A stretch of 64,000 nucleotides of DNA from Candidatus Woesearchaeota archaeon (GTDB taxonomy: Archaea > Nanobdellota > Nanobdellia > Pacearchaeales > GW2011-AR1), in contig CAZCCD010000003.1 in NCBI GenBank assembly GCA_964497435.1, forward strand, positions 53,683 to 117,682, given 5' to 3'. The notes beneath the pieces were generated by a model, which saw nothing but the letters and a program-made list of their open reading frames with translations, made no database searches and was not told where the DNA came from. How positions within the stretch are numbered: position 1 is the stretch's first letter; each line of letters begins with the position of its first letter. Positions 8,901 to 17,140 of the stretch are shown here, one piece after another. The position numbers were made by a program, and so were the translations under genes.

Positions 8901-10544
8901 AATTAATTTTATAACTGTTGTTTCATCAGGAACATACAAAACTGTGCCATCAAAAGCTACTCCGACATTACTGAAAGCACCAACATCATCTGACATTGTT
9001 ATATCTCTAAGAAGATCTCCAGGTGAATTATGCTCTTCGTTATTTCCATTTTCTCCGTTAATATTATCTCCTCCATTTCCATTTTCCTCACAAGCAACTT
9101 TTGGCTCTCCAACTTCTTTCTTTGTGATTGGTGGCAAAGCATCAACAATATCTAATTCAAAGTGATGCCTTTCTTCATTAGTACAACCATCACTTGCCCA
9201 GTATTCAATCAAATGGCAGGAATCATCTATTAAATTCAAGTGAACATCTTCATTAGGCAATCCTTGCCCAGAATCTTTAAGAGTCCATACAGGTTCTCTT
9301 ACAGTGCAATCTTCACTAAACCATATTCTCCAATTTATTACAGGATTGTCAGAGATTTCATGGTCAGGAGTGTCGGGGTCTTCGGCAGAAAGCCAGATTT
9401 CTGTTCCAGGCTTAACATAATAGCAACCATCTGTTAAAGCATTGCCATTTGCTGTTGTATAATCACAATTAAAAGAAACCTCGTCTGCAAAATCAATTTT
9501 CTTTTCTGTTACTGGAGGAACAGTATCTTTTATGAAAGAAACAATAGGATTGAATGTGAATTTACCCCAGTTTTCTTGTCCGTCTTTTCCATGTAACTGG
9601 ACATAATGTGTTCCCTCACTTAAATCATCTAAATCAATAGTAGCTTCAACATCTTCACATCTTTCATTGAATGAGCCATCAGAAGCAGTCATTGGAATTC
9701 CCCGCCAATTTATTGGATTATCTTCATCAATAAAATATTCAGCAGCTTGTATTCTTGACTCATCATCACAGACATTTCCAGATACAATAGGATCATCACC
9801 ACAAACTAAAAGTTCTTCTGGGTTACATTCATCATTTAACTTAATTCCATTTTCATGTTGCAAATTATCTCCTTCTTCACATGTTGGGTAAAAAGGAGGC
9901 AGGCAGTCAACATCTATTCTTATTGTTTCACAATCTCCCCAATTTCCAGCAACATCTTGTCCTCTAACATGTACATTAATGCTTCCGTCTTGTGTACCCA
10001 CTCCGCTTTTTGTTACAGCTTCAACCAATGAATTATAAAGCCCGTCTGTTGCATTAAGTGGATTTCCACTCCCTTCTGCTCCGCAAGTTGCTCCTCCAAG
10101 GAAATATTCAGCTTCTGCAATTGCAGAACACTGATCAGTCTCTAAGGCATCTATTTTTATCTTGCAGGCATCAACAACTTTTACAGCAGTTAAATCAGAA
10201 GTAACAGGGCCAGTTTCGTCAGGAAACTCATTAAAAACACAACCCTGTTGAACATCACAAGAAAAATCTCCACACTGATCTCCAGGTTCACAAAGAGAAT
10301 CATCAGGAGTATAAACACATCCTGTTTGTTCGTTACAAGAATCAACTGTACAAGAAACACCATCGTCACAAACTATAGGAGTATTCACACACCCACCACC
10401 CTCAACACATTCATCTATTGTGCAGGCATTTCCGTCGTCACAGTTCTGTGGAGAACAAGCACTCACAGAAGAACCAAAATTAATTATCCCAATTATAAAT
10501 ATCAGCAAAACTAAAGAAATTTTCACGTCTTTTCTTAAACCCAT
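5964..10544 (-). CDS. Giant secreted Cys-rich surface protein (1526 aa) with CxxxNxCTxDxC repeats, beta-propeller-like region and C-terminal MopE-like CxDxDNDCDG motif
   Basis: Signal peptide MGLRKDVKISLVLLIFIIGIINFGSSVSA; repeats CDDGNACTIDEC, CDDGVSCTVDSC; C-terminus CDDSIDNDCDGDIDIED. Confidence 0.75.
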   Translation of the reverse strand: MGLRKDVKISLVLLIFIIGIINFGSSVSACSPQNCDDGNACTIDECVEGGGCVNTPIVCDDGVSCTVDSCNEQTGCVYTPDDSLCEPGDQCGDFSCDVQQGCVFNEFPDETGPVTSDLTAVKVVDACKIKIDALETDQCSAIAEAEYFLGGATCGAEGSGNPLNATDGLYNSLVEAVTKSGVGTQDGSINVHVRGQDVAGNWGDCETIRIDVDCLPPFYPTCEEGDNLQHENGIKLNDECNPEELLVCGDDPIVSGNVCDDESRIQAAEYFIDEDNPINWRGIPMTASDGSFNERCEDVEATIDLDDLSEGTHYVQLHGKDGQENWGKFTFNPIVSFIKDTVPPVTEKKIDFADEVSFNCDYTTANGNALTDGCYYVKPGTEIWLSAEDPDTPDHEISDNPVINWRIWFSEDCTVREPVWTLKDSGQGLPNEDVHLNLIDDSCHLIEYWASDGCTNEERHHFELDIVDALPPITKKEVGEPKVACEENGNGGDNINGENGNNEEHNSPGDLLRDITMSDDVGAFSNVGVAFDGTVLYVPDETTVIKLINPDDGSEIGELATSPAINLGAMGYDAKRNVIWACSNGVPNKLYKLELNGDVTLIETLPGDHFHFCDGLAYDENDPNSDSDDRIWFSRDVGPTVYELNLTGSVVDSFAPGIPFGNSGIAVGGEDLYLANNGGDKIFRFDKDSKTNLGEFSAPGDRPEDLECDDATFPVSAIWVRMFENNHLKAYEIEEGTCGIGGQPPEPQDGQCDWFITQQTPITLSCADQEPHPIDDVTLYWRDYLEGSRPPEYWVEEDGEVTIYKEEDSRHVLEWYCVDALGNSDGTAEEPHREIDIVDSVPPKITKEIVGPSYGQCPPKPGSQDVCYIDGVTEIHVSVEDPQPHPVNDVTCEWSYTVNGGNVIPGDDELGSEFIVQFPEESSHNLVIECEDALGNRVVDEETFIVDKTPPVTTKSFDGPYFTCQDWCRYEAGEDGEALELCLKEMCEFDEEKEEWFPAWISSETAVYLDGGDQAPHPSGISETFWRNTLVDDENCLNQDVCQQAVGRGEWNTYHGIPFYKTEESCHLIEYYSVDNVEKTERVNKQCVFVDNTAPLTDKEVGEPKYPCVGDEELCGPQGEWPAWFVTGETPITLSCKDGEPHPVDHESLCYRISWDDDNQETPPFLTEQYCKQFGGEIEELYSEESQDWVPFCCSLTEEDGYGFNFQEDSLHNIEWFCRDALGNVGEANIEWDNVDSAGPEIIIRNPNSNEREIEMCVQKIVASIDDEKSGVIRAWAELWATPVDEGDEPLREIDLNIVHYGQTVTWEGIMNKELPAGDYILKVCAEDGNGNENCKEVEETLLDGIFVEFITPAICGIDPEEGGICDFTYNICMRGDNSIKFWLNKIEGLVTPGDMNAIITNPETGESATVGLRHESGLTEQECGEVGDFWDPETGLCWFITDAEFLQLQCSEINGRTEFELHLELDSEDMSAIGPGVHELEYWIESLTNICEEPEPECVPETEVCDDSIDNDCDGDIDIEDLDCE

Positions 10545-10767
10545 GTTTAATTTTACATTTTAGTGTATTTAAACATTATTGTGGTGCAGGGAATATTTCG
10601 TAACTTTTAATTTAACAATAGCTAACTTTTCCAACTTGTTAATAGTGATAATATTGGTTTTTGTTTTTTAGATACCACCCAATTCTATCCAAAAGCACCT
10701 CTTACTTTACAGCTCACTATTCAGTAAATTATTTATATTCCTTTCCATTAGGTTTGATAGGAGATAA

Positions 10768-12082
10768 TATGTGGAACGATAGAAAAGACGAAGCATACAA
10801 GTTAGGAGTTAGAGACGGTCAGAGAGGCGGTTTTTTAGATGATTTTACCCATAGTCTTTCGAAAGGTATAAACACTTCTGAGAGTGATAAGGTGTATGAT
10901 GAAGGTTATGTATATGGTGCAAATCATAGGTACGATGTGAGATCTTTTGGAAAATCTGACAATTCTAAATCTGCATGGGGTTCTACAGAATCTGATAATT
11001 CTGATTTTCAGTCTTCTTATAGCGATGGGAATTCTTACGATGGTTGGAGCTCTGATAGTGGTGGGAGTTCTAAGTCAAGTGGTGGAAGTGGATTTTTCTC
11101 TTTTGTTGTTCGGACATGTATCACTATTGCCTTGCTTGGTGCTTTTATGAAAGCTTGTAATGAAAATTTTGGTGGCGATAATCGTGGGAGTATTGTGAAT
11201 ACTTATGGTCGTGGTAATCGTGGAGGTACTGGTAATCCTGTGCCTGGATACACCCCCTCTCATTATCCAGTTCCTGTCGTGCAACACACTCGTAGGAGCA
11301 ATAAAAAGTATAAAGTTAAAGCTATATATGAGGTTCGTCCAGGCGATACGATGTGGGAAATTGCTAAGACGTTTGGTGTACCCATTTCGGCGCTACTAGA
11401 GGTAAATAATATCAGTCGTGGTTCTCGTATTTATGTGGATCAAAAACTTCGTATTCCTTTGATGGCTCATAGTTTGAACGAGCAGAATGAAATCAACAGA
11501 GGCCTAGAGGTTGTGATTGCCTCTACTCCCAATAAGAATATCCAGACTACTTATAAAGTAAGGCGAGGTGACACGCTCTATGATATTGCCCGCCGATTTG
11601 GAACCACGCCTACCAATTTGCTAGAAATTAATGGACTTCATAGAAATAGCCGAATACACATAGGGCAGGAATTAAATGTAACAGGACAGGATGAAGGTGG
11701 TCGTAGAAAGAGTCTTGTGAATAAAGTTACAGAATTCCAGAAATCGGATAGTAACCAAAGCTCGATTCCGGAAATAGTAATACCTGAAAAGGAGTTCCAG
11801 AAGTTACAGAATGACATTCGTGAGATGAAGGAACAAGTTGTACGAGACAAAATTGATGCTCTGAATGAAATAGGGGAGGCATACAAGGCCCATCAAATAT
11901 CAGAAAAAGAAAAAAATGAATATGTTAAGTTAGTCACAAATTATAATCCCATTATCGATAACTTCAGAACCAAAGTAGTCGGTTTTGAAATGTTCCAAAA
12001 ACGGCAAAAAGATAAGTTAATTGAACTGATTTACAGCGATGAGATAAATTCAGATTCTATACGTGTCGCGTCTGACTTCTAG
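10768..12082 (+). CDS. LysM-domain membrane protein (2 LysM repeats, coiled-coil C-terminus)
   Basis: GGAG RBS then ATG at 10768; a central TM (FFSFVVRTCITIALLGAFM); two LysM repeats (YKVKAIYEVRPGDTMWEIAKTFGVPISALLEVNNI..., YKVRRGDTLYDIARRFGTTPTNLLEINGL...). Locally higher GC than surroundings. Confidence 0.75.
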
Positions 12083-12245
12083 GATGTTGCTCCATAAAAT
12101 GTATAAGACTATGACATTTATGTCTGTTGGAAGCACAAAAAACATTTTAACATACCTTTATAAACCTGAAATATCGCTTCTTATTAGACGAATAGAAAGA
12201 AATTTCTAAGTTGTTATATATAAATAGATATGGAGGAATACACAA

Positions 12246-12431
12246 ATGGGATATAATAAGAGTTCAGGATATAGGGGTTTTGGAAATAACTTTAATATTG
12301 GACCAAGAGAAATGCACAAAGCTGTTTGCTCTGAATGCAAAAAAGATTGCGAAGTGCCGTTCAAACCTACAGCAGGCAGGCCGATTTTCTGCAAGGAATG
12401 CTACGCCAAGAAAAATCCAAGAAGATTTTAG
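12246..12431 (+). CDS. Small zinc-ribbon protein with RGG/FG-rich N-terminus
   Basis: MGYNKSSGYRGFGNNF...CSECKKDCEVPFKPTAGRPIFCKECY: a CxxC...CxxC zinc ribbon with the VPFxP...RPIxC pattern. Confidence 0.5.
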   Translation: MGYNKSSGYRGFGNNFNIGPREMHKAVCSECKKDCEVPFKPTAGRPIFCKECYAKKNPRRF

Positions 12432-12548
12432 TTAATCTTTTGGCTTATTTTATTATTTTTTATAATTTATTTTTATATGTATTTGTTTTTAGCCATTTAT
12501 GAATCCTAAAAACCCAGCTTTGTGTAATAAATAGGGAGATGTGGTTTT

Positions 12549-13346
12549 CTATATAGGATTCTCACTCTTTGCAGGTTCTGGGAATTTGCCATTAATAGCC
12601 TTGTTTACAATATCTTTGACTTCAGCAGAAAAATCTGTACTAATCATCCATTGAAAATATGAAGGATCGCTTTTGGATACAAATTCAAGTGTTTTCCCTT
12701 TGTATTTATTTCCAAAATTTATAATAGCCTTTCCTTCAAACCACGCAAATTTCCCATCCTCATCGATCCATAAGGGATTTTTTGGATTACAAAATTCATA
12801 CAAACCAGAAATGTCATGTGGTAAAACATCATGCTGCCCTAATTGAGATTCAAGGACATCTATTGTTGCTCTAACGTCAGAATGTGCCCGGTGAGCGCTT
12901 TCTAAAGGTTTGTCGCAATATTTTAAATGAGCCGCATTTAAATCTCTTGGCTCTAACTTATGATAAATAGTTTGAACATCTACTATTTTTCTTCCCTCTC
13001 TTGAATAATTTATCCCTGCTCTTTTAAATTCAGATTCAAGAAATAATAAATCAAATTTGGTTCCAAATCCACCTAAATCGCAATTATTTATAAAATCAAT
13101 TAATTTTTTGGCAAATTCTTTGAAGGTTGGTTTCCCTTTAACATCAGCATCTTTTATGCCATGAATTTGTGTGGATTCAATAGGGATAAGCATATCAGGA
13201 TTGATAACAGAATTTAAGGTTTCTTCTGTTCCATCCGGATGGATTTTTATTATGCATATCTCTATAATTTTATCTTGCTGGGTATTTAGACCGGTTGTTT
13301 CAATGTCAATAAATGCAATGGGTCTTGTAAGTTGTAGACTTGTCAT
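12549..13346 (-). CDS. DEDDh 3'-5' exonuclease (DnaQ/RNase T-like)
   Basis: Exo I FIDIETTGL; Exo III HRAHSDVRAT. Confidence 0.75.
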   Translation of the reverse strand: MTSLQLTRPIAFIDIETTGLNTQQDKIIEICIIKIHPDGTEETLNSVINPDMLIPIESTQIHGIKDADVKGKPTFKEFAKKLIDFINNCDLGGFGTKFDLLFLESEFKRAGINYSREGRKIVDVQTIYHKLEPRDLNAAHLKYCDKPLESAHRAHSDVRATIDVLESQLGQHDVLPHDISGLYEFCNPKNPLWIDEDGKFAWFEGKAIINFGNKYKGKTLEFVSKSDPSYFQWMISTDFSAEVKDIVNKAINGKFPEPAKSENPI

Positions 13347-13497
13347 AGTGTATCCTAAATCTAAATTTATTTAAATCTTTTTATATGGAATACTTTCTAC
13401 ACAAAATCTTAATTTATACACAAGAGCTACTATTTGCACAGAATCAAAAAAACCAAAACTACTTAAAAAATCTTTACTTTAATGATAATAGAAAAAA

Positions 13498-13710
13498 ATG
13501 AGATTAAAAAAGATACCAAGGACAGATTTAGAGTATGTTGAATTTTATGCTAAAAAACTTAAAGAAAACCCTGAATTTTTCAAACAGCAGAAAGAGTTAA
13601 TAGAAAGCCAGCTAGAAAGCAGCTCTTCTTTGGCTAAAAAAAGGTTTCCAAAAGAAGACTTTAAAATTCAGGCAAGAATTTATCTAAAGAAAATAGGGCT
13701 TCTTTCTTAA
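13498..13710 (+). CDS. Hypothetical small protein
   Basis: 70-aa ORF, charged, plausible coding composition. Confidence 0.3.
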   Translation: MRLKKIPRTDLEYVEFYAKKLKENPEFFKQQKELIESQLESSSSLAKKRFPKEDFKIQARIYLKKIGLLS

Positions 13711-14507
13711 TAACTATACCATAAGACTAATTTTCCTTCATCGTCTCTTAAAAATAGGCTGTCTCCTGTTTCTGTCCAGATATATTCTTCTTCATTCCAG
13801 AATAAAACATTATCTTTATCTTCTTCATATCCAATCTCTATCCTAATTTCTTTATTTAATGTAAAATTAGAAAAAGTGAATATCTTTCTTCCTTCATCTT
13901 TTATTGTCCAGTTGTCTAAATTACAAGAAAATGAACAGCTGTTTTCCAAGATTACACTTTGGTCTTTTACATTTAATTGTTTTAATTCTATACAACTAGA
14001 ACATTCATCTTCTGATTTTTCACATAAATTCAAATTATTTTCAAGGCAGATATTCCAAGCAGCTTTAAAATCATTATAATATTTATCTTTACCTTGAGGG
14101 AAATAAAAGTTTGCAAAGCCATTTTCAACTAATTTAAGATTTACATTTTCTTCATCAACTATAACATATCTTAATTTTCTTTTGTATAAATCTAAATCCT
14201 GTCCAACCCTCTCCATCCTTACAAACCTATTAAGAATTAAATTTTCTAAAAATTTTTTAGATTCATCGTAATACAACTGGCCTTTTTCAGGAGTGTTGAT
14301 TCCAAGAAGCCTTACACTTGTTCCGTTAACTTTTATTGTATCTCCATCAATTACTCTCTCAACTATTCCAACTTCATAATCATTAAGCCAATTAGTCAGC
14401 AGTTTGTTAAGAAAAGGATAGTCTATTATAAAAAGAATTAATATTAACAATGATATTAAGAGTTTCAGCTTTATTTTTTCTTTTTCTTTTTTTTCCAGTT
14501 TAACCAT
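13707..14507 (-). CDS. Membrane-anchored thermonuclease (staphylococcal nuclease/SNase-like) with C-terminal beta-rich domain
   Basis: N-terminal TM; VIDGDTIKV...VRLLGINTPE matches the SNase catalytic core (DGDT...RLxGIDxPE). Confidence 0.75.
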   Translation of the reverse strand: MVKLEKKEKEKIKLKLLISLLILILFIIDYPFLNKLLTNWLNDYEVGIVERVIDGDTIKVNGTSVRLLGINTPEKGQLYYDESKKFLENLILNRFVRMERVGQDLDLYKRKLRYVIVDEENVNLKLVENGFANFYFPQGKDKYYNDFKAAWNICLENNLNLCEKSEDECSSCIELKQLNVKDQSVILENSCSFSCNLDNWTIKDEGRKIFTFSNFTLNKEIRIEIGYEEDKDNVLFWNEEEYIWTETGDSLFLRDDEGKLVLWYSY

Positions 14508-14762
14508 ATATAATGTGAGGAACCAAGGTTCCCCTTCACAACCCCTCCTTTAAAATAGTAAGAGTATTTTATATTAATTATGGTAGAGGAAAACATTGGT
14601 TTTATGAACTTCATTCCACCGCCACGATATTTAGTCTCACTTCGTTCGATATTGATAAATTGTTAATATATAAAAGCTTAATTATTCTTTGCTTAACTAT
14701 ACTTCTGCTTTACACAGAGAATGCGACTATTCTTGGCTTTATTCTGTAACCTTTTTAATAAG

Positions 14763-14784
14763 TGAGCGAGTTTACGAGTTAGCT
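14763..14784 (+). promoter_or_regulatory. GC-rich motif TGAGCGAGTTTACGAGTTAGCT immediately upstream of the TATA-like box of cutA
   Basis: 22/24 identical to the reverse complement of 40876-40897, which sits upstream of the cyclophilin gene. AAATTATATATA follows at about 14812, ATG at 14844. Confidence 0.4.
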
Positions 14785-14843
14785 TTTGAGCAAAACGAAG
14801 TGGTGTGAGTAAATTATATATACCTCTTCCTCTTTACAAAATT

Positions 14844-15161
14844 ATGAAATCCAAAAACTTAATCTTTATATACATAACAAACCCCTCAAAAGAAGAAGCT
14901 GAAAAAATAGCTAAATATTTATTAGAACAGAAGCTGATTGCTTGCGCAAATATATTTCCTATTCATAGCATGTATTGGTGGAAAGGAAAGATAGTTGAAG
15001 AAGGCGAGTTTGTGTTAATTGCAAAAACTCTGGAAACTAATTATAAAAAAGTTAAAGACGAAGTTGAAAAAATCCACTCCTACACTATTCCATGTATAAT
15101 AAAAATTCCTGTAAATCCCAACGAAAAATATGGTGATTGGCTAGAAGGAGAGTTAAAATGA
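14844..15161 (+). CDS. cutA: Divalent-cation tolerance protein CutA
   Basis: ACANIFPIHSMYWWKGKIVEEGEFVLIAKT matches the CutA1 core (ACxNI...S.YxWKG.I.E..E). Confidence 0.75.
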   Translation: MKSKNLIFIYITNPSKEEAEKIAKYLLEQKLIACANIFPIHSMYWWKGKIVEEGEFVLIAKTLETNYKKVKDEVEKIHSYTIPCIIKIPVNPNEKYGDWLEGELK

Positions 15162-15451
15162 ATTTCAACGAACGATGTTATTCTGTATTAAGGAAAGTCC
15201 CTCGTGGCAAAGTTACAACCTATGGTGAAATAGCTAAAGCATTAAATTCTAAAGCATATAGGGCTGTTGGAAATGCAATGAACAAGAATCCATATGCGCC
15301 TAAAGTCGCATGCCATAGAGTAATAAATAGCGACGGAACTCTCGGCGGGTTTGCATCTGGAATAAAGAATAAAGTTAAAATGCTAAAAGCAGAAGGTGTT
15401 GAAGTTGTTAATAATAGGGTGGATTTGGATAGATTTCTTTATAAATTTTAG
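15158..15451 (+). CDS. MGMT-family protein (methylated-DNA-protein-cysteine methyltransferase DNA-binding/active-site domain only)
   Basis: YGEIAKAL...VACHRVINSDGTLGGFASG carries the PCHRV active-site motif; ATGA start/stop overlap with cutA. Confidence 0.7.
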   Translation: MNFNERCYSVLRKVPRGKVTTYGEIAKALNSKAYRAVGNAMNKNPYAPKVACHRVINSDGTLGGFASGIKNKVKMLKAEGVEVVNNRVDLDRFLYKF

Positions 15452-15527
15452 ATTTCTATAATTCTTCTAATTAATTAACAGCTACAAACAATAACCTTTT
15501 TAAGTAGACTTCTGTAAAAGTTATATC

Positions 15528-15633
15528 GCGAGGGTGTCGGAGCGGTCAAACGAGCAGCCCTTAAGTTAATAATCGATATTAGAAGAAAGGCTGTGGCTTA
15601 GTGCCTGCGCAGGTTCGAATCCTGTCCCTCGCA
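15528..15633 (+). tRNA. tRNA-Leu(UAA) with 22-nt intron at 37/38
   Basis: Acceptor GCGAGGG pairs perfectly with CCCTCGC; T-arm GCAGG-TTCGAAT-CCTGT; discriminator A73; anticodon stem CAGCC/GGCTG; loop CUUAAG, then intron 15566-15587 (ttaataatcgatattagaagaa), then A38; long variable arm. Confidence 0.75.
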
Positions 15634-15663
15634 TGAATATGTGTGGAAATTAGAGCTTGAAAT

Positions 15664-16077
15664 ATGGCAAGAATAGTACTTTTATCGTGTGTAAGTAGAA
15701 AATTAGGACATAAAGCCAAGGCTAAAGAATTGTATATTAGTACTCTTTTTAAAATGAATTTGAAGTATGCAGAATCGTTTAGCCCCGATAAAATATTCAT
15801 TCTTTCTGCAAAACATGGTTTAGTTGGTTTGGAGGAGGAAATTGAACCCTACAATAAAACACTAAATAATATGCTTTCTAAAGATATTAAAGAGTGGGCA
15901 AATAATGTTATTAGTGAATTAAGAAAAGTTGCAGACTTGGCAAACGACGAATTTATTTTTTTAGCAGGGAACAAATATAGAAAATTTTTGATTCCTCACA
16001 CCACAAAGTACAAAATCCCACTCGAAGGGCTAGGCATAGGAAAACAATTGTGGTTTTTAAAGGAGAAAATAGCATGA
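15664..16077 (+). CDS. Conserved hypothetical protein (unassigned family), first gene of a two-gene module
   Basis: 137 aa, MARIVLLSC...ELYISTLF...IFILSAKHGL...EPY...W; starts 30 nt after tRNA-Leu; stop overlaps the next gene by ATGA. Confidence 0.6.
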   Translation: MARIVLLSCVSRKLGHKAKAKELYISTLFKMNLKYAESFSPDKIFILSAKHGLVGLEEEIEPYNKTLNNMLSKDIKEWANNVISELRKVADLANDEFIFLAGNKYRKFLIPHTTKYKIPLEGLGIGKQLWFLKEKIA

Positions 16078-16709
16078 ACAAATTTTGCAACAAAGTCCAT
16101 CAGCTTATTAACAGCATGAAAAGATTCAATTTTCCTTTTGATGAAAGCAAAATTCCAAATGATGGAATCTATGTTTTGTTTGAAAAAGGCGAGAAAGGAC
16201 ATGGTTTTGACAGAATTGTAAGAATAGGAACGCACACTGGTAGTAATCAATTAAGATCAAGATTATTCCAACATTTCTTAAACGAAAACAAAGACAGAAG
16301 CATCTTTAGGAAAAATATTGGAAGAGCCTTGCTTAATAAAGCAAGAGACCCATTTCTTAATCTATGGGAATTAGATTTAACGACGAAAAAAGCCAGAGCA
16401 GAGCTTGCTGGAAAAATCAATTTATCAAGACAAAAAGAAATTGAAAAAGAAGTCACAAAATATATCCAGGATAACTTCAGTTTTGTTGTCTTTGAAGTTC
16501 CACAAAAAAATAAGCGCCTCAATTTCGAAGCAAAATTAATATCAACAGTTTCCCTCTGCGAAGAATGTGAACCCTCACAAAATTGGCTTGGATTGTTATC
16601 TCCAAAAAATAAAATAAGAGAGAGCGGACTTTGGCAAGTTAATGAGCTTTACAAAGAACCATTAAATGAGAATGATTTTGATGAATTGCGAAAAATTATT
16701 AAAAAATAA
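16074..16709 (+). CDS. GIY-YIG family nuclease
   Basis: GIYVLFEKGEKGHGFDRIVRIGTHTGSNQLRSRLFQH reads as GIY...(R/Y)IG...R...H, the GIY-YIG catalytic core. Confidence 0.65.
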   Translation: MNKFCNKVHQLINSMKRFNFPFDESKIPNDGIYVLFEKGEKGHGFDRIVRIGTHTGSNQLRSRLFQHFLNENKDRSIFRKNIGRALLNKARDPFLNLWELDLTTKKARAELAGKINLSRQKEIEKEVTKYIQDNFSFVVFEVPQKNKRLNFEAKLISTVSLCEECEPSQNWLGLLSPKNKIRESGLWQVNELYKEPLNENDFDELRKIIKK

Positions 16710-16760
16710 TTTTTTACTAACTGATTCAAATATCTTACACAATCTTATATTGATTAAATA

Positions 16761-16961
16761 CTACTTCTTCCCTTGCTGAATTTTCACTCCAAGCTCTTCA
16801 AGTCTCTTTATATGGCCATGAATGAGAGCATCAACAACATGAACCAATCTTACAAATTCTGTTCTTTCGTTGACTAATGTGTTTAATGCGCCTTTATGAT
16901 AGCCAATTTCTTCTTCCCGAGACATTCTTGGAGTTTTTTCCTGTGTTACCATGAAAATCAA
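16761..16961 (-). CDS. Hypothetical small protein
   Basis: 66-aa ORF with coding-like composition. Confidence 0.35.
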   Translation of the reverse strand: MIFMVTQEKTPRMSREEEIGYHKGALNTLVNERTEFVRLVHVVDALIHGHIKRLEELGVKIQQGKK

Positions 16962-17140
16962 TATTCAGTATATTTATAAAGGTAATCTTTAATATCAGTC
17001 CCGCCCCAATCCCCAACCACCCACCCTAAGATTTTAAGTAATTAGGTAATATCTACAATCAATTTTTCATAAAGTATATTGCTAAACAGATTAATCCAAT
17101 TTTCAAAACCTTTATAACTTCTTTCTTCTTATCCTGTTTT

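Noticed and set aside
15579-15800. Minus-strand ORF 15579..15800 (73 aa)
   Set aside because: It overlaps the tRNA-Leu gene and the 5' end of the conserved plus-strand gene; translation has no features.
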